From: Mobula hypostoma
Lineage: Eukaryota
Direction: 5' to 3'
NCBI RefSeq assembly: GCF_963921235.1
Contig: NC_086108.1
Span: 104,968,001 to 105,032,000, forward strand
DNA length: 64,000 nt
The first letter of the stretch is position 1; every line of letters starts with the position of its first letter. Positions 50,693 through 64,000 of this stretch are shown one piece after another. Both the position numbers and the translations under genes were made by a program. The notes under the pieces are model-generated. The model made no database searches. It had not been told where the DNA came from and saw only the letters and a program-made list of their open reading frames with translations.

Positions 50693-53534
50693 ATTTGGCT
50701 ATAGACATGTAGAGTGATAATTAAACTTGAAACTTGACATTTGAGACAGAACACACCAATAACATCAAAACGAGCAGAGTTCCGTCCTCCCACTCACCAG
50801 CCGTGCACACACACACACACACACACAGTCCCTGTCCTTAAACCATTACCCATTACTTGATCTTTAATTCTCCCCTCTGTCTCCAAAACCATCTCTACGA
50901 ATTAAAAAAAACAATTATATCTGAGCCACGACCTTGACAGAGACTGTAGCATGATGCCATCTTGACTGAAATGATTTAATTCAAATTACTTCAAATACAT
51001 TAGTACTGCGCTGTTGAGCTGACCCCTTAACCTACTCTAACTTTCCCACATAGCCCTACATTTTTCTATCATCCATGTGCCTATCTAAGAGTCTCTTAAA
51101 TTCCTCTAATATATCTGCCTCTACTACCACCCCTGACAGGGCATCCTACACACTCACCACTCTGTGTGAAAAAACTCAACCTCCTCGGTAAACTTACAGT
51201 TAAATGGATGGAAATTCAGGCGGGTGCTGACCCCTCATTGTGTGTGGTGCACTCCAGTTAAGTCCTACCACTCCCTTCCACCCCACAACCTCCCCTCACC
51301 AAATTTTCTAGCTGCTCTGCATCCAGCCATTTATCAGCCAGATAGTAAAGACCCATCTCTCTGTGTTCTGAGAAACTCCAACAAAATGCTGGAGGAACTC
51401 AACAGGTCAGGCAGCAGTTATGGAGGGGAATAATTAGCTTTTAAGCCAAGATCCTTCATCAGGACTGGAAAGGAAAGGGGGAAGAAGCTACAATAATAAG
51501 GTGAGTGGAGGGGAGGAGCGCATGTGGCAGGTGACAGGTGAGATCAGGTGAGGGGGGAGGTTGTTGGATGAAGAAAGAAGCTTGGAGGAGATAGGTGGAA
51601 GAAAAAGGTATCGATAGAAGAGGAGAGTTGACCATGGAAGAAAGGAAACAAAGTGGGAAGAGGAAGAGGTGGGAGGAGTGTCTGGGTGATGGAAATATTG
51701 AGAGGGTGAGGGAAGAGGAAAGAGGAGAGGAACCAGAGGGAGGTGATGGGCATTTAAGAGTCTTTTAAATGCCTCTAAAGTCTCTCCCTCTACCACAGCA
51801 CATTGGAACTTGGGTTCGTGCTGAAAAAGGCAGGGAAGAAGCAAGAGAAACACAAAGCTTTGCTTCTTTTCAGAGCTCACTGCCATCGCTATTCACACTC
51901 CAGGAAAAATAACTCTGCAGACCTCCCTGGTGTTTAGGCAACCTCGACTGGACTCAGTTCTCAAGGTGCACTGTGAACATGGCTCAATACAATTGGAACC
52001 TGACATCTTCTGCCTTCTAAGTAAATTTCACCTACCAATTGAGTTATCTGCTCAAAGAATTGCAGTCAATTCCCAGGTCACAAGTGATTGTCTCCGAACT
52101 CGTCAAGCTCTCCTTATAGCTTTTCCTCTCTGAACACATCCTGTGTAAATCCCCCAGAGCTTTCTTATTCCACACTGTGGATGCCACTTACACTAACAGG
52201 TCTGTAATTACTTTCGAGACTTTATAATCTATATTCCACGCCACAGGCCCAGCCTCTGAATTTATCGAGCTTCTAAAATATTAAACCAGAAACTTGCTCC
52301 TTTCTCGTAGATTTCCTGTGAGGATTAACAGATGGATCTCACCTTGTTCAGATGTTCAATCTTAATGTGTAACTTCTAGACACCGCACTTTCACCGAAGG
52401 TAGCTAATATCATAAACCCTTCTACCAATGACATGGTCTAAATGAAGGCAGGAACTCTCCACTGCCTGCCAGCAGTGAATTCATAAAGAATAACTGATCG
52501 ACATCCAGCTGCTCTTATCTCTCAAGGCACTTCACTGAGAGAAGGCGAGGGAGATTAAATGATAAAGTCAAAAAAGTTACATGAGAAGCTCCAGCTGACA
52601 AATCAAAGAGATGTGGAGAAAAGCTGCAGAGGCTCAGGGTGGCATCCTAGCGTGCTGATTAGCAGAACTCTTTACAGTACCAGTGACGCAGGTTCAGTTC
52701 CCATTGCTGCCTGTAAGGAGTTCGTACCTTCTCCCCGTGACAGTGTGGGCTTACTCCCACAGTCCAAAGACATAGTGGTTAGTAGGTTAATTGGTCACTG
52801 AAAATTGTCTTGTGATTACGCTAGGGTTAAATAAAGGGATTGCTTGGCGGTGTGGCTTGAAGGGCCGGAAAGGCCTATTCCACGCTGTATCTTAATAAGT
52901 AAATAAATTTCACAAAAACAACAGTAAGTTCAGGATGGACCATAGTTTAATAGCATAACACTATTACAATGCCAGTGGCCCTTAGGGCTCAATTGCCACC
53001 ACTGTCTTTAAGGGGTATGCATGTTCTCCCCATAACTGTGTGGGTTTCCTCTGAGTGCTCTGGTTTACTCCCAGAGCACTCAGACAAATGGATGAGGAGG
53101 CTAATTGGTCACATGGGTGTAAATGGTCAGTGTGGACTCATTGGACTGGAAGGGCCTGTATCTCTAAATAAGAAATCTAAAACTAACTTCTGATTAAGTT
53201 AAACTTATAGTATCTAACTTCACTCTGCTGTTCTGCTCACTATTTTTGATATAATCATTCTAAACTTCTAAATCAAAATTCTTTGACTCAAACTGTTTTT
53301 CCCCTGTGCACTAATATGCTGAAATCATCCATATGGATGGCATGCAAAAACAAACTGTTTCACTGAACCTTGGTATGTCAGAATCAGGTTTAATATCACT
53401 GGCAACTACCATGAAATTTGTTGTATTGTGGCAGCAGTGGTGTGTAATACATAATAATTTTAAAAAACCTACAAATTACAATTGGAAATATGTGTGTGAA
53501 TGTATATATATATATTTCTTTTTTTACATATAAT

Positions 53535-53583
<49 letters not shown>

Positions 53584-54599
53584 TGCAAAAACATAGCAAA
53601 AATGAAAGAAAAGTGAGATAGTGTACATGAGTTCAAAGTCTATTCAGAAATCTGATGTCGGAAGGGATGAAGCAGTTCCTGACATGTTGAGTGTGTGTCT
53701 TCAGGCTCCTGTACCTCCTCTCTGATGGTAACAATAAAAAGACGGCATGTTATGGGTAATGGGGTCCTCAATGGCATATACTGGCTTTCTGGAGCATTGC
53801 CTTTTAAAAATGTCCTCGATGCTGGGGAGGCTACTGCCCATGATGGAGCTGGCAGCTTGCAATTTTCTGCAGCTTTATCTGATCTGTGTGCGAATAGTAA
53901 ACTAGTTCCCAATTTATTTCCAATTTTAAATCCAGAATTAACTTAGTTCTTTTTGCTGCTTAAATAAAGCGATTATTAGAACAAGATCAAGGTCAAAGTT
54001 CAAAGTAAGTTTATGATCAAAGTACAGATATGTCACCATATAGTACCCTGAGATTTATTTGTCTCTGTGGGCATTCACAGTAGAACAGAATAATACAAAA
54101 GACTCAATTAAAAAACTACACACAAAGGCTGACGAGCAACCTATGTGCAAAAGACAAACTGCAAATACCAACCAATCAATCAATCAATCAATAAATAGAT
54201 AGATATCGATAAATAAATAATACTGAGAACATGAGTTGTGGAGTCCTTGAAAGTGAGGCCATAGGTTGTGGAATCAGTTTAGAGATAAGGTGAGTGAAGT
54301 TATCCACACTGATTTAGGAGTCTGATAGTTGAAGGGTAAAAGTTGTTCCTGTACCTGGTGCTGTGGATCCTAAGGCTCCTCTACTTCCTTCCTGTTGGCA
54401 GCAGCAAGAAGAGAGCAAGGGCTGGATGGTGGGGATCCTTGGAGGTGGATGCTGCTTTCTTGTGGTAGTTCTCCTTGTAGACTGGGCTCAGTGGTGGGAG
54501 GGCTTTTCCTGTGCTGGACTGGGCTATTTCCACCACATTGTAAAGCTGTACTTTATCTCCTCCATTGAGGTACAGCACAGGTATGGCCCATATTTTTTA

Positions 54600-55220
54600 T
54601 AAAATTGCCACAAGTATATGGCCCATATACTTTAGCCCACATTTCTTTGCCTATTCTTTTCATCTGTCCAAGACCTTCTGCAGCCGCCTTGCTTCCTTCA
54701 CACAACCTGCAACTCCACTTGACTTCATGTTGTCTGCAAACTTCACCACAGAGCCATCAATTCCATCATTCAAATCATCAACACACTATGTAAAAAGAAG
54801 CAGTCCCTACACCGACCCCTGCAGAACACCACCAGTCATTGGCTGCCAACCAGAAAAGGCTCTCTTTATACCTGTCTTTGCCTCCTGCCAATCAGCCAAT
54901 GCTCAACCCATGCTAGTATCTTTCCTGTAATACCATGGGCTCTTCTCTTGTTAAACAGCCTCCGGTGCGGCACCTTGTTGAAGACCTTCGAAAATCCACG
55001 TACACAACATCTACCGCTTCTCCTTTGTCTATCCTGAGTGTTATTGCCGCAAAGAATTCTAACAAATTTGTCAGGAAAGACTTCCCTTGAGGAAACCATG
55101 CTGAATTTGGCCTATTTTATCATGTGGCTCCAAGTACCCCAAAACACACATCCTTAACAATTGAATCCAACATCTTCCCAACCGCTGAAGTCAGACTAAC
55201 TGGCCTATAATTTCCTTTCT
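54600..55220 (-). mobile_element. Old CR1 RT fragment
   Basis: FSKVFNKVPHRRL..AHGITGKILAWVEHWL in the ORF track. Confidence 0.75.
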
Positions 55221-56386
55221 TTTCATGGAGCTATACCTGATGGTTTTAATCCTTCCCTGTGTTTAAGAGCCGATTCACAACTCATAAAACCATGCATCAT
55301 ATTATGTAGGATACAGTATTATTTTTGCTGGATTTTCGAGTGTCTTTGCAGTCCAATGGGCAGTCATACTGAGGAGGCTGTTGGGAATAGCCATTCAGAG
55401 CTAATCAAATGCTTATTCAGCTATTGCAAGTGACGCCATTTAGACTCTATTCAAAATCAGTTGGTGCTACTAGGCACTAATCATTGATTCATTGCTGCAC
55501 CGAATTGCCAAATTTGTTCAGTTCTGCCAACCACTTCAGCACTTTAAAAGAGCTGACAGCCTCATTTCCTGCTAAAATGCCCCATAGCCACTGGTCTTTG
55601 ATTGCCTGCCACACTGCACAGACACACACCACAATCATTGCTTCATGGGTGATTGGGCTCCTACATTAGACTTGATGCTGTGTTGCAAAAACTACCCAGA
55701 GGCAGAGGCTGGAGATGGGGAGAGAAGGAGCTGGCTTTACTTTCCTCTCTATACAGTCTTGCAAAAAGGAAGGGTAACTTCGAAATCAGAATCGGGTTTA
55801 TTATCAGCGTCTTATATGATGTGGATTTTGTTGTTTTGTGGCAGCTTAAGAACAGAGCATGGCAACATAGAGGTTAGCACAATGCTTTACAGTACCAGAA
55901 GCCCAGGTTCAATTTCAAATCAGGTTGCCTTGTGCTGGGTGAGCCGCTGACAAAGTCAAATCAGCTTGTCCTATGTTGGGTGAGCCACTGACAAAGGCAA
56001 TCCAATTTGTTTTCCAGGGAGTGAACGCTGGGGACCAGCACCATTGGGAGAATGGTCTGCCCCCAACTCATCTCGGATTCCAGCGCACCCATCGCATGAC
56101 TGTTCTCTCCCACGTCGTCTCCAGTGCCTCCTCCCCTGGGTGGCTGTTACAGGTGACGCTGTGGCATGAGGCCCTAGTCTGTGCGCCCTAGGGAAGGAGA
56201 GCTATTGGGCTCACAGTATTTTGTCTTACTAATGTCCAACAGAGTCTTGCGAGTACAATAGAAGTGTTTGCACCTTTCATGTTGTGGTGTTTCTCTCTGG
56301 GAGTACTTGAGTTTATACAGGTCCTTTTACACTTGCTATCCCTTCAGTTGACCTTTGAATTCTACCAGTTCGTGTTTCTTTGGCTC

Positions 56387-56700
56387 TTAGATGGCATCTA
56401 TTTCAATATGCTTCTTCATGGAGTTAACAGAAGAGAACCACGCTTCTAAAAATTCTCGTGCCTGCTTTGCGTTTGCCTGCACCAGAACCTGTGTGGTGTC
56501 CCAGTTAAAATGGTGCCCTTCTCGGTGTTCATGTACTGAGATCAGCGACAACAGATCGTGTCTCCGCGTCACCAATTTGTGTTCCCGTGAACGAGTTGAG
56601 AGTTTACAACCTGTCTGCCCGACATAGTTCTTGCGGCAGTCTCCACGGGTGACCCTGTACACCACATTGCTTTTGGCAGTGTCTTTACTGGTACCGGTGT
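56387..56700 (-). mobile_element. Second, distinct Penelope-like family (Poseidon-like) GIY-YIG fragment
   Basis: VYRVTRGDCRKNYVGQTGCKLSTRSREH..H..GHHFNWD..REFLEAW. Confidence 0.75.
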
Positions 56701-57600
56701 TCTTGAAATAACTTTCCTTAAAGCTTCACCATCATCACCATCCTTAACATTTGCACCATTTGTTGGACATGGAGAGGTTGCAGCGACCAAACATGGCTCC
56801 ACCTTACTGGAAGAATACAGTGCAGAGACACCGTGTAACTATAAATTCCAAAATTAATTGTGTGAAAAAAAGGACTGGTGAATAGTGTTTGTGGGTTCAT
56901 AGATCATTCAGAAATCTGATCAGGGAGGGGAAGAAGCTGTTTCTGAATCATTGAGTGTAGGTCTTCACATTCTTGTATCTCCTTTCTGATGGTAGTAACA
57001 GGACGAGTGGATAACTTGAATACTGAGGTTGCTTAGTGATGACGGCCTCCTTCCTGAGTCATGACCTCACGGGTGGGGAGGGACGTGCCCATGAAGGGGT
57101 TGGATGAGTTGAGCGATTCTTGCAATCCTGATTACTGGAGTGACATGGTAGCATAATGATGAGCATAATGATATTATAGTATCAGCCATAAGATTAGGAC
57201 TTCAAGTTCAAGTTCAAGTTTAACAGTCATTCAACTAAACATGGACGCCCATGAATACAGCCAAACGAAATTGTGTTCTTCTGGGGCCAAGGGGCAAAGC
57301 ACAGTACCGACAGTCACGCGGCACAAAGCACATATAAGATAACAAGCAAGTATGAGACATGTAAAATAGTCACATAGTCCATTGTCCTGAGTCCATGAAT
57401 GTTGCAGAAATCGGCAAACACAATACGGCTTGTCTTCTGCCAAGTGAACACTGGGGGCAGCACCAACTCCGGCTTTGATGTCGCACCACACCACTTCTGT
57501 TGGCGTGCACGGACTCCGATGCCTTTCCCTTGGGCAGCTGTAAACAGGTGACACTGCGGCTACGAATCAGGCCACGCCGCTCCCCCACCATCTGCCCCGA

Positions 57601-58221
57601 TTAGATTATGATTAGATTATGAAGTCCTCTTTTATTGTCATTTAGTAATGTATGCATTAAGAAATAATACATTATTTCCTCCGGTGTGATATCAGAAAAC
57701 ACAGGACAGACCGAAAAAACTGACAAAACCACATAATTATAACATATAGTTACAACAGTGCAACAATACCATAACTTGATGAAGAAGTCCATGAGCACAG
57801 TAAAGTTCAAAGTCTCTCAAATGTCCCATGTCTCACGCAGATGGGAGAAGGAAGAAAAACTCTCCCTGCCATACCGACCACAATCCGACTCTGAATCATC
57901 CGAAAACTTCGAGCTCTGATCAGCTCTCCGACACCGAGTACTGAGCGCCATCTCTGTCCGAACGAATCGACCTCCTTCTCGGTCATCAAAAGCAGGCAAG
58001 GCCGGGGACTTTAAGGCCTACCCTCCGAAAGATTCCCAACCACACAGTAACGACAGCAGCGAACAGGCGTTTCAGAAATTTCTCCAGATATCCCTCTGTG
58101 CTTTCACATCCATTCTCCATCAAATCAGAATTGTCCACAGCCCCTATTTAACAGACGCGATATCATTTTTCACCGGAGGGCTGCGCACACGCAGGTGCGC
58201 CGCCATCTTCTCCTCCCGCCT
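57601..58221 (-). mobile_element. Full-length ~620-bp non-coding non-autonomous element nested in a related element (~57200-58578)
   Basis: 5' ggaggagAAGATGGCGgcg, 3' AATAAAAG and an AATCT-type tail; cccga duplicated at 57596-57600 and 58222-58226. Confidence 0.75.
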
Positions 58222-59359
58222 CCCGATAAACCAGTGATTCGGACTTGCAGCAATCCACGTCAACAATGTCCAATAGTGTCTTGCAATCACAAAAAAAGCA
58301 ACTAAGACGATCACTCTAGACTGCACACCACTCTCATGCACCAACTCCGCCAACACCTCTCTGACGCTGGTAGCAGCACGATCCATGCTGTCCAGTTCCT
58401 TCAGTTTCTCTGCCAACAAACAAATTGCCGCTGGGGCAGACCTGTGGTACTTTAAGCTCTTAATGTCTAGCAGGACCTTACGATCATAAAAACTATGTTT
58501 TAAAAGGATAATAACAGCTTTGGTTGACCCCATAGAAGCTGCTGAGTTTGAACATGCCATTATCTTACCGGAAGCTACACCAGATTCGATTTCTGCCGTT
58601 GTGCGTTCTCTCATTACCATGTGCGTTTCTTCCAGTTTCCTCCCACATTCCAAAGACATATAGTTGGATTTAGAGAATTGTGAGCATACTATGTTGACAC
58701 TGGAAGTGTGGTGACACTTGTGGATTGTCCAACTAAATCCTCAGTGATTTGTTTATTGCAAATGATGTGTTTCCCTGTATCCTTCAATGTACATGAGACA
58801 AAGAAAGCTAATCTTTAATCTCTCTCCATACAAGGCTGTGATACAATCAATCTGCTCTCCACCGTACATCTAAAGAAACTTGCTGCAGTCTTTGTGACAG
58901 ACCAAAGCTCTTCGAACTCCTAACAAAGTGGAGCCGCTGGCTTCTTCGTGATTGCATCAATGTGCTGGGCCCAGGATAGATCCTCTGAGGTGCTGACTAC
59001 CAGGAACTTGAAACTGCTTACCCTTTCCACCACTGATCCCTCCAGGAGAACCGAACTGCCTCACCTTGTTAGCTGGATGCTCCTTCTAATCTTCAGAATG
59101 AAGACTGACGGTGGTTTCCTCAAAGCAAAGTGATTTGCCAATGTTTGTGCAAGAAGAGTATTGTCCTGCTGATATTGTAACATTTCAGATGGCCTGCCCT
59201 GGGCAGAGCTCATAGATGTATTGACGGACAAGGCATGCAAACACCTCCACTTTCCTAATAGTTCAACGTGATTTGGCATCTCACCGAATACTCAGCCATG
59301 ATGAAATGGTGGAGCAGACTCGATGGGGCAAATGGCCCAATTCTACTTCCATATCTTAT

Positions 59360-59837
59360 TATAGGAGTCCGTTAGTCTCATGAGACCATGGATTTGCGCC
59401 TTGGAAGGTTTCCAGTGCGCAGGCCTGGGCAAGGTTGTATGGAAGACCGGCAGTTGCCCATGCTGCAAGTCTCCGCTCTCCACGACACCGATGTTGTCCA
59501 AGGGAAGGGCATTAGGGCCAATACGGCTTGGCACCAGTGTCGTCGCAGAGCAATGTGTGGTTAAGTGCCTTGCCCAAGGACACAACATGCTGCCTCAGCT
59601 GAGGCTTGAACTAGCGACCTTCAGATCACTAGACTGACGCCTTAACCACTTGGCCATGCCATCGAGTCTACTCCACCATTTCATCATGGCTGAGTATTCG
59701 GTGAGAAGCCAAATCACATTGAGCTATTAGGAAAGCAGAGGTGTTTGCATGCCTTGTTCGTCAATACATCTATGAGCTCTGCCCAGGGCAGGCCATCTGA
59801 GATGTTACAATATCAGCAGGACATTACTCTTCCTGCT
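59360..59837 (-). mobile_element. tRNA/CORE-like SINE (~59365-59660) plus inverted flank copy, inside one 14-bp TSD
   Basis: cttccatatcttat at 59346-59359 and 59838-59851; 59659-59832 is the reverse complement of 59153-59326. Confidence 0.8.
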
Positions 59838-62800
59838 CTTCCATATCTTATGGTCTTATGTCAAAAGTATCCCTAGAGTCAGGTTTATCATTACTGAATA
59901 TGTTATAAAATGTGTTGCTTTTCAGCAAAACAATACATAAGATTTTGCTGTAAGTCACAATAAGGAATATATTAAAAATCAAATAAGCAGTGCTAAAAGG
60001 GAGCTAAATAGTGAGGAGAGTTCATGGGTTCGTGGTCCATTCAGAAATCTGATGGCGGCGGGGATGAAGCTGTTCCTGGAGTGGTGAGTGTGTGTCTTCA
60101 GGCTCTTGTACCTCCTCCCTGATGGTAGTAATGCAAAGAGGGCATGCCATCTGGGTGATGCCTTCTTGATGCCCTGTGTTTTGAAGATGTCCTCAATGGT
60201 GGGGAGGCAAGTGCTCATGATGGAGCTGGCAGAGGCTACAAGTACTTGCAATGTCTTTCAATCCAGTGCAGCCGAGCACCTGTCCCAGGTGGTGATGCAA
60301 CTGTTGGAATGCTCCCCATTGCCTAGCATGCTAATTGCAATGCACAGGAATGCAATCGGCTGTAGAGAGCAGTGGGTACCGCATTTCCCATCACAGACAA
60401 ATCCCTCCACACCATTGACAGTATCGACAGTGTCCTGTATTAAGAAGGCAGAATCTATCACCGAAACTCCGCCATGGATGGTCGCAAGCCAGCTGAGAAA
60501 GGAGGATGTGTGGTGAAAGTGGAAGCCACAAGGCCAATAAAACAGGATTGTGAAATTTGTCGAGCTGCTGTCTGAAACCTATGCTCCAGCAGGGGTGATG
60601 GGCTTAAGCAGAAGAGGAATCTATCATCAAGGATCCCCACCATTCGGGTCATGCCATCTTCTCGCTGCTACCGTTGAGCAGGAGGTACAGAAACCAGAAG
60701 TCCTACATTACCAGGTTCAGGCACTGATACTTCTCTACAACCATCAAGTTCTTGAATTGACCTGCGCAATCCTAACCGTTCCTCAGCAATGGTACGCTAC
60801 ATTCCACCTCTTGCACTACCATGGACGTGACGCTGTGTTTTTGCAAAAAGTCTCATTGTGCACAATGTTTTTCTTCATTCTCTTGTACAACTTAATTATA
60901 ATTTATGTTCCGTGTGTTGCCTGAGGTGCTGCTGCGAGCAAGGTTTTCAGTCTACCTGTACATCTCTGTAATTGTGTATTAGATAATTGACTTGACTGGA
61001 CGTCCTGATCTTCTCCAACTTTTCTGTTATGTTCCCCTCCCAGATCACCACCGTGCCAACCAGAGTGCAAAAGACAGTGAACTATGCAAATACAAAAAAA
61101 ATGATAATAATAAATAAATAAGCAATATATTTTGAGAACATGAGATGAAGAGTCCCTGAAAGTGAGTTCATAGGTTGTAGGAACATTTCAATGATGGGGC
61201 AAGTGAAGTTGAGCAAAGTTATCACCTTTCATTCAAGAGCCTGATGGTTGATAGTTTAGACTGTGGTGCAATTGAACCCCAATCACTGGCACTACAAAGC
61301 GTTAGGCTAACCGCTACACTACCATGCCACTGTCTACCCTGGGGGAAAATATCTGATTGTCTCCCCTATCTATGGCTCTCTTCAATTAATGAATGTCTAA
61401 CTTTATCCTCATTCTAACTCCTAACATAAACCTCAGGTCCCCCACAACCTCCAACAATCCCGGGAAACAATTCAAGTTCCTCCAAACTCTCCTTGTAGGT
61501 CATACCCCCAATCCAAGGTAATTTAATAGACCTTTACTGTACCCTTACCAAAGCTTGCATATCCTTCCTGTAATGGGTCAACCAGAATATAGAACATAGG
61601 ACATCACGGCACAGTGCAGCTCCTTCAGCCCCTGATGACCTTCCTACCTACTCCTAGATCAATCCATCCTTTCTCACATACATCACCCTCCATTTTTTCA
61701 TCATCCATGTATCCATCTAAAAGTTTCTTAAATGCCCCTAACGAATCTGCCTCTATCACCAACCCGGCAGGACTTCCATGTACCCACCAGAATCTGTGTA
61801 AAAACACACACGTACAATCCTCTAAGTGCAGACTAATCAAAAGCTTATAGAGGTCTGTTTGTGGTATCTTACCAAGAATTCACCAACACAACACCATTCA
61901 TCACATTGCCACAAGTGATTCTGCAGATGTTAGAAATCTTGAGTAACACACACAAAATACTGGAGGAACTGAAAATGTCAGGCAGCATCTATGGAGGGGA
62001 GTAAACAGTTGGCGTTTCGGGCCAAGACCCTTTCAGGATCTGCTGAGAAGCTGCCTGAGCCGCTGAGATCCTGTGCCATTTCCTGTGTGTTGCTTCACTA
62101 CACTCAAAAGTAATCTATTGTCTGCAAAGCACTTAAGTATGTGCTTAAGATTACTGACTATTTAAATACATCATCTTTTTTAAGTGGTTATGCTTATTAT
62201 CATCACAGATGTGCAAACGCAGGAAATGAAAGCTATGAAAGCTAGCTTCATGAAACCGTAGCCAAGTACAAGGTGACCCAAAACATAAGTTAAACATCAA
62301 CTTATATTAACAAAAATTAAAAATGACTGATGTGTGCAGAATTAACAACAAAATAAGCATAACAATGTTAATGGAATATTGAAAGAGAAGGAAAGAATAG
62401 TCCAAAATAGTGGAGCTTTTCAAATTGGAATCTTGAGGTGTGGATCTTCAGGGTCCCGTACCTCTTGCCTGATGGCAGCATCGATTCCTGGATGGTATGG
62501 ATTCTGCCTTCCTGAGACACTACGTGTTCAAGATGTCCTTTAATAGATGGAAGATCTGTAACCTTGATGGAACTCTCTGAGTCTTCCATTCTCTATAGAA
62601 CCTTGTGTTCTTGTGCATTGGAGTTTATTGTCCCTTTAGCTCTGCTGCACATACAGTCAGTGATCACCTTATTAAGTACCTCCTATTAGAAGACCATTAG
62701 ACCATAAGATATAGGATAAGAATTAAGCCATTTGGCCCTTTGAGTCTGCTCCACCATTTCATTATGGCTGTTCCAATTTTCCTCTCAGCCCCAGTCTCCT

Positions 62801-63722
62801 GCCTTCCCCCTATATCCCCTCATGCCCTGACCAATCAAGAATCTATCAACCTCTGTCTTAAATATGTATAAAGACAGCTTCCAAAGCTGTCTGCGGCAAA
62901 AAAGTTCTACAGATTTACCACTCTCTGGCTAAAGAAATTCCTCCTCATCTCTATTCAAAAAGGACACCCCTCTATTTTAAGGCTGTGTCCCCTGCTCTTA
63001 GACACTCGCACCATAGGAAATCATAGGAAATATCCTCTCCACATCCACTCTATCAAGGCCTTTCACCATTTGATAAGTTTCAATGAGGTCACCCCAAATT
63101 CTTCTGAATTCCAGTGAATACAGACCCAGAGCCACCAAACGCTCTTCATATGACCAACCTTTCAATCCTGAAATTATTTTTCTGATCCTCCTTTGAACCC
63201 TGTCCAATTTCAGCACATCCTTTCTAAGATAAGGAGCCCAAACCTGCTCGCAATACTCCGTGATGCCTTACCAGTGCTTTATACATTATACTTGCCAATC
63301 TGCAACTGTGCTGAAAGTTCATCTACCCTATTCTGTATACTGCACACATTCAGTTACACCACTTTCAGTCCTGTGTTTACCCTTTTCGATTTTGTCCACC
63401 TTTTACGTTACAAATCATCCTGTTGACTGTAGTTTTGTCCTATCAACAGTATCTCTTCACTACTCATTGCTTCTGTTTGGTAACCAGTTACCTGATCTTC
63501 AGAACTATTGTCTGCCTTTCCTACTTTGTCTGAGGTCTGACCAATATCTGCCTCCACAGCCTCTCCACTAACTGTTCTGGCACTCTGGTTCCCATCCTCC
63601 TGCAACTCTAGTTTAAACCCACCGTGCAGTATTAGCAAACCATCCTGCCAGGAAATTAGTGCCCTTCCAGTTCAGGTGCAAACTGTCCCTAATAAAGTGG
63701 CCAGTGATTGTTTGTTAGTGGT

Positions 63723-63891
63723 GTTTCAAATCTCTTACTAGCTCTTCTTTCAGTTAGACCTGACGAAGGGTCTCGGCCCAAAACGTCGACTGTACCTCTT
63801 CCTAGAGATGTTGCCTGGCCTGCTGCGTTCACCAGCAACTTTTTATGTGTGTTGCTTGAAATTCCAGCATCTTCAGATTTCCTCGTGTTTG
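63723..63891 (+). mobile_element. Penelope pLTR fragment with hammerhead motif, inserted in a Tc1 remnant
   Basis: Closely matches 36548-36710; CTGACGA agggtctcggccc aAAAC GTC gact at 63760-63791. Confidence 0.85.
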
Positions 63892-64000
63892 TTCGTGGTC
63901 TTCTGTTGCTGTACCCCATCCGCTTCAAGATTCACATGTTGTCTGTTCAGAGATGCTCCTTGTAACACACGGTTATTTGAGTTATTGTCGCCTGCCTGTC

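Noticed and set aside
51874..52133. Acceptor-like site followed by an ~86-codon open frame
   Set aside because: No recognisable protein and no convincing donor; compatible with chance. Kept only as part of a TE-free island.
52345..52377. 33-nt minus-strand micro-exon candidate (KLHIKIEHLNK, donor AAG|GTGAGA)
   Set aside because: The acceptor lacks a polypyrimidine tract; unsupported without RNA data.

Overview
Eukaryotic, repeat-saturated intronic or intergenic DNA. The repeat mix (CR1 LINEs with (TTCTATGT)n tails, Rex1/Babar, V-type SINEs, abundant Penelope pLTRs) points to a cartilaginous fish, probably a ray; this is inference. I cannot confidently identify any host gene. All long, recognisable ORFs are retrotransposon-derived: two young 5'-truncated CR1 ORF2 copies (42224-44473 minus, ~48520-50594 plus), an L1 C-terminus, Rex1 C-termini and GIY-YIG fragments. 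The window also holds Tc1/mariner and hAT MITEs, tRNA-derived SINEs, micro/minisatellites and deep TE nesting with readable target-site duplications (TSDs). Most notable: (i) about 11 Penelope pLTR copies carrying a minimal hammerhead ribozyme whose intact consensus can be rebuilt from two singly mutated copies; (ii) a SINE insertion fused to an inverted copy of its own flank inside one TSD; (iii) a perfect 44-bp Penelope hairpin insertion; (iv) non-coding, YY1-box-headed LINE derivatives; (v) one SINE head with swapped tails; (vi) a 2-kb inverted pair of near-identical CR1s. Family names come from recalled motifs, not database searches. Boundaries without a TSD are approximate.
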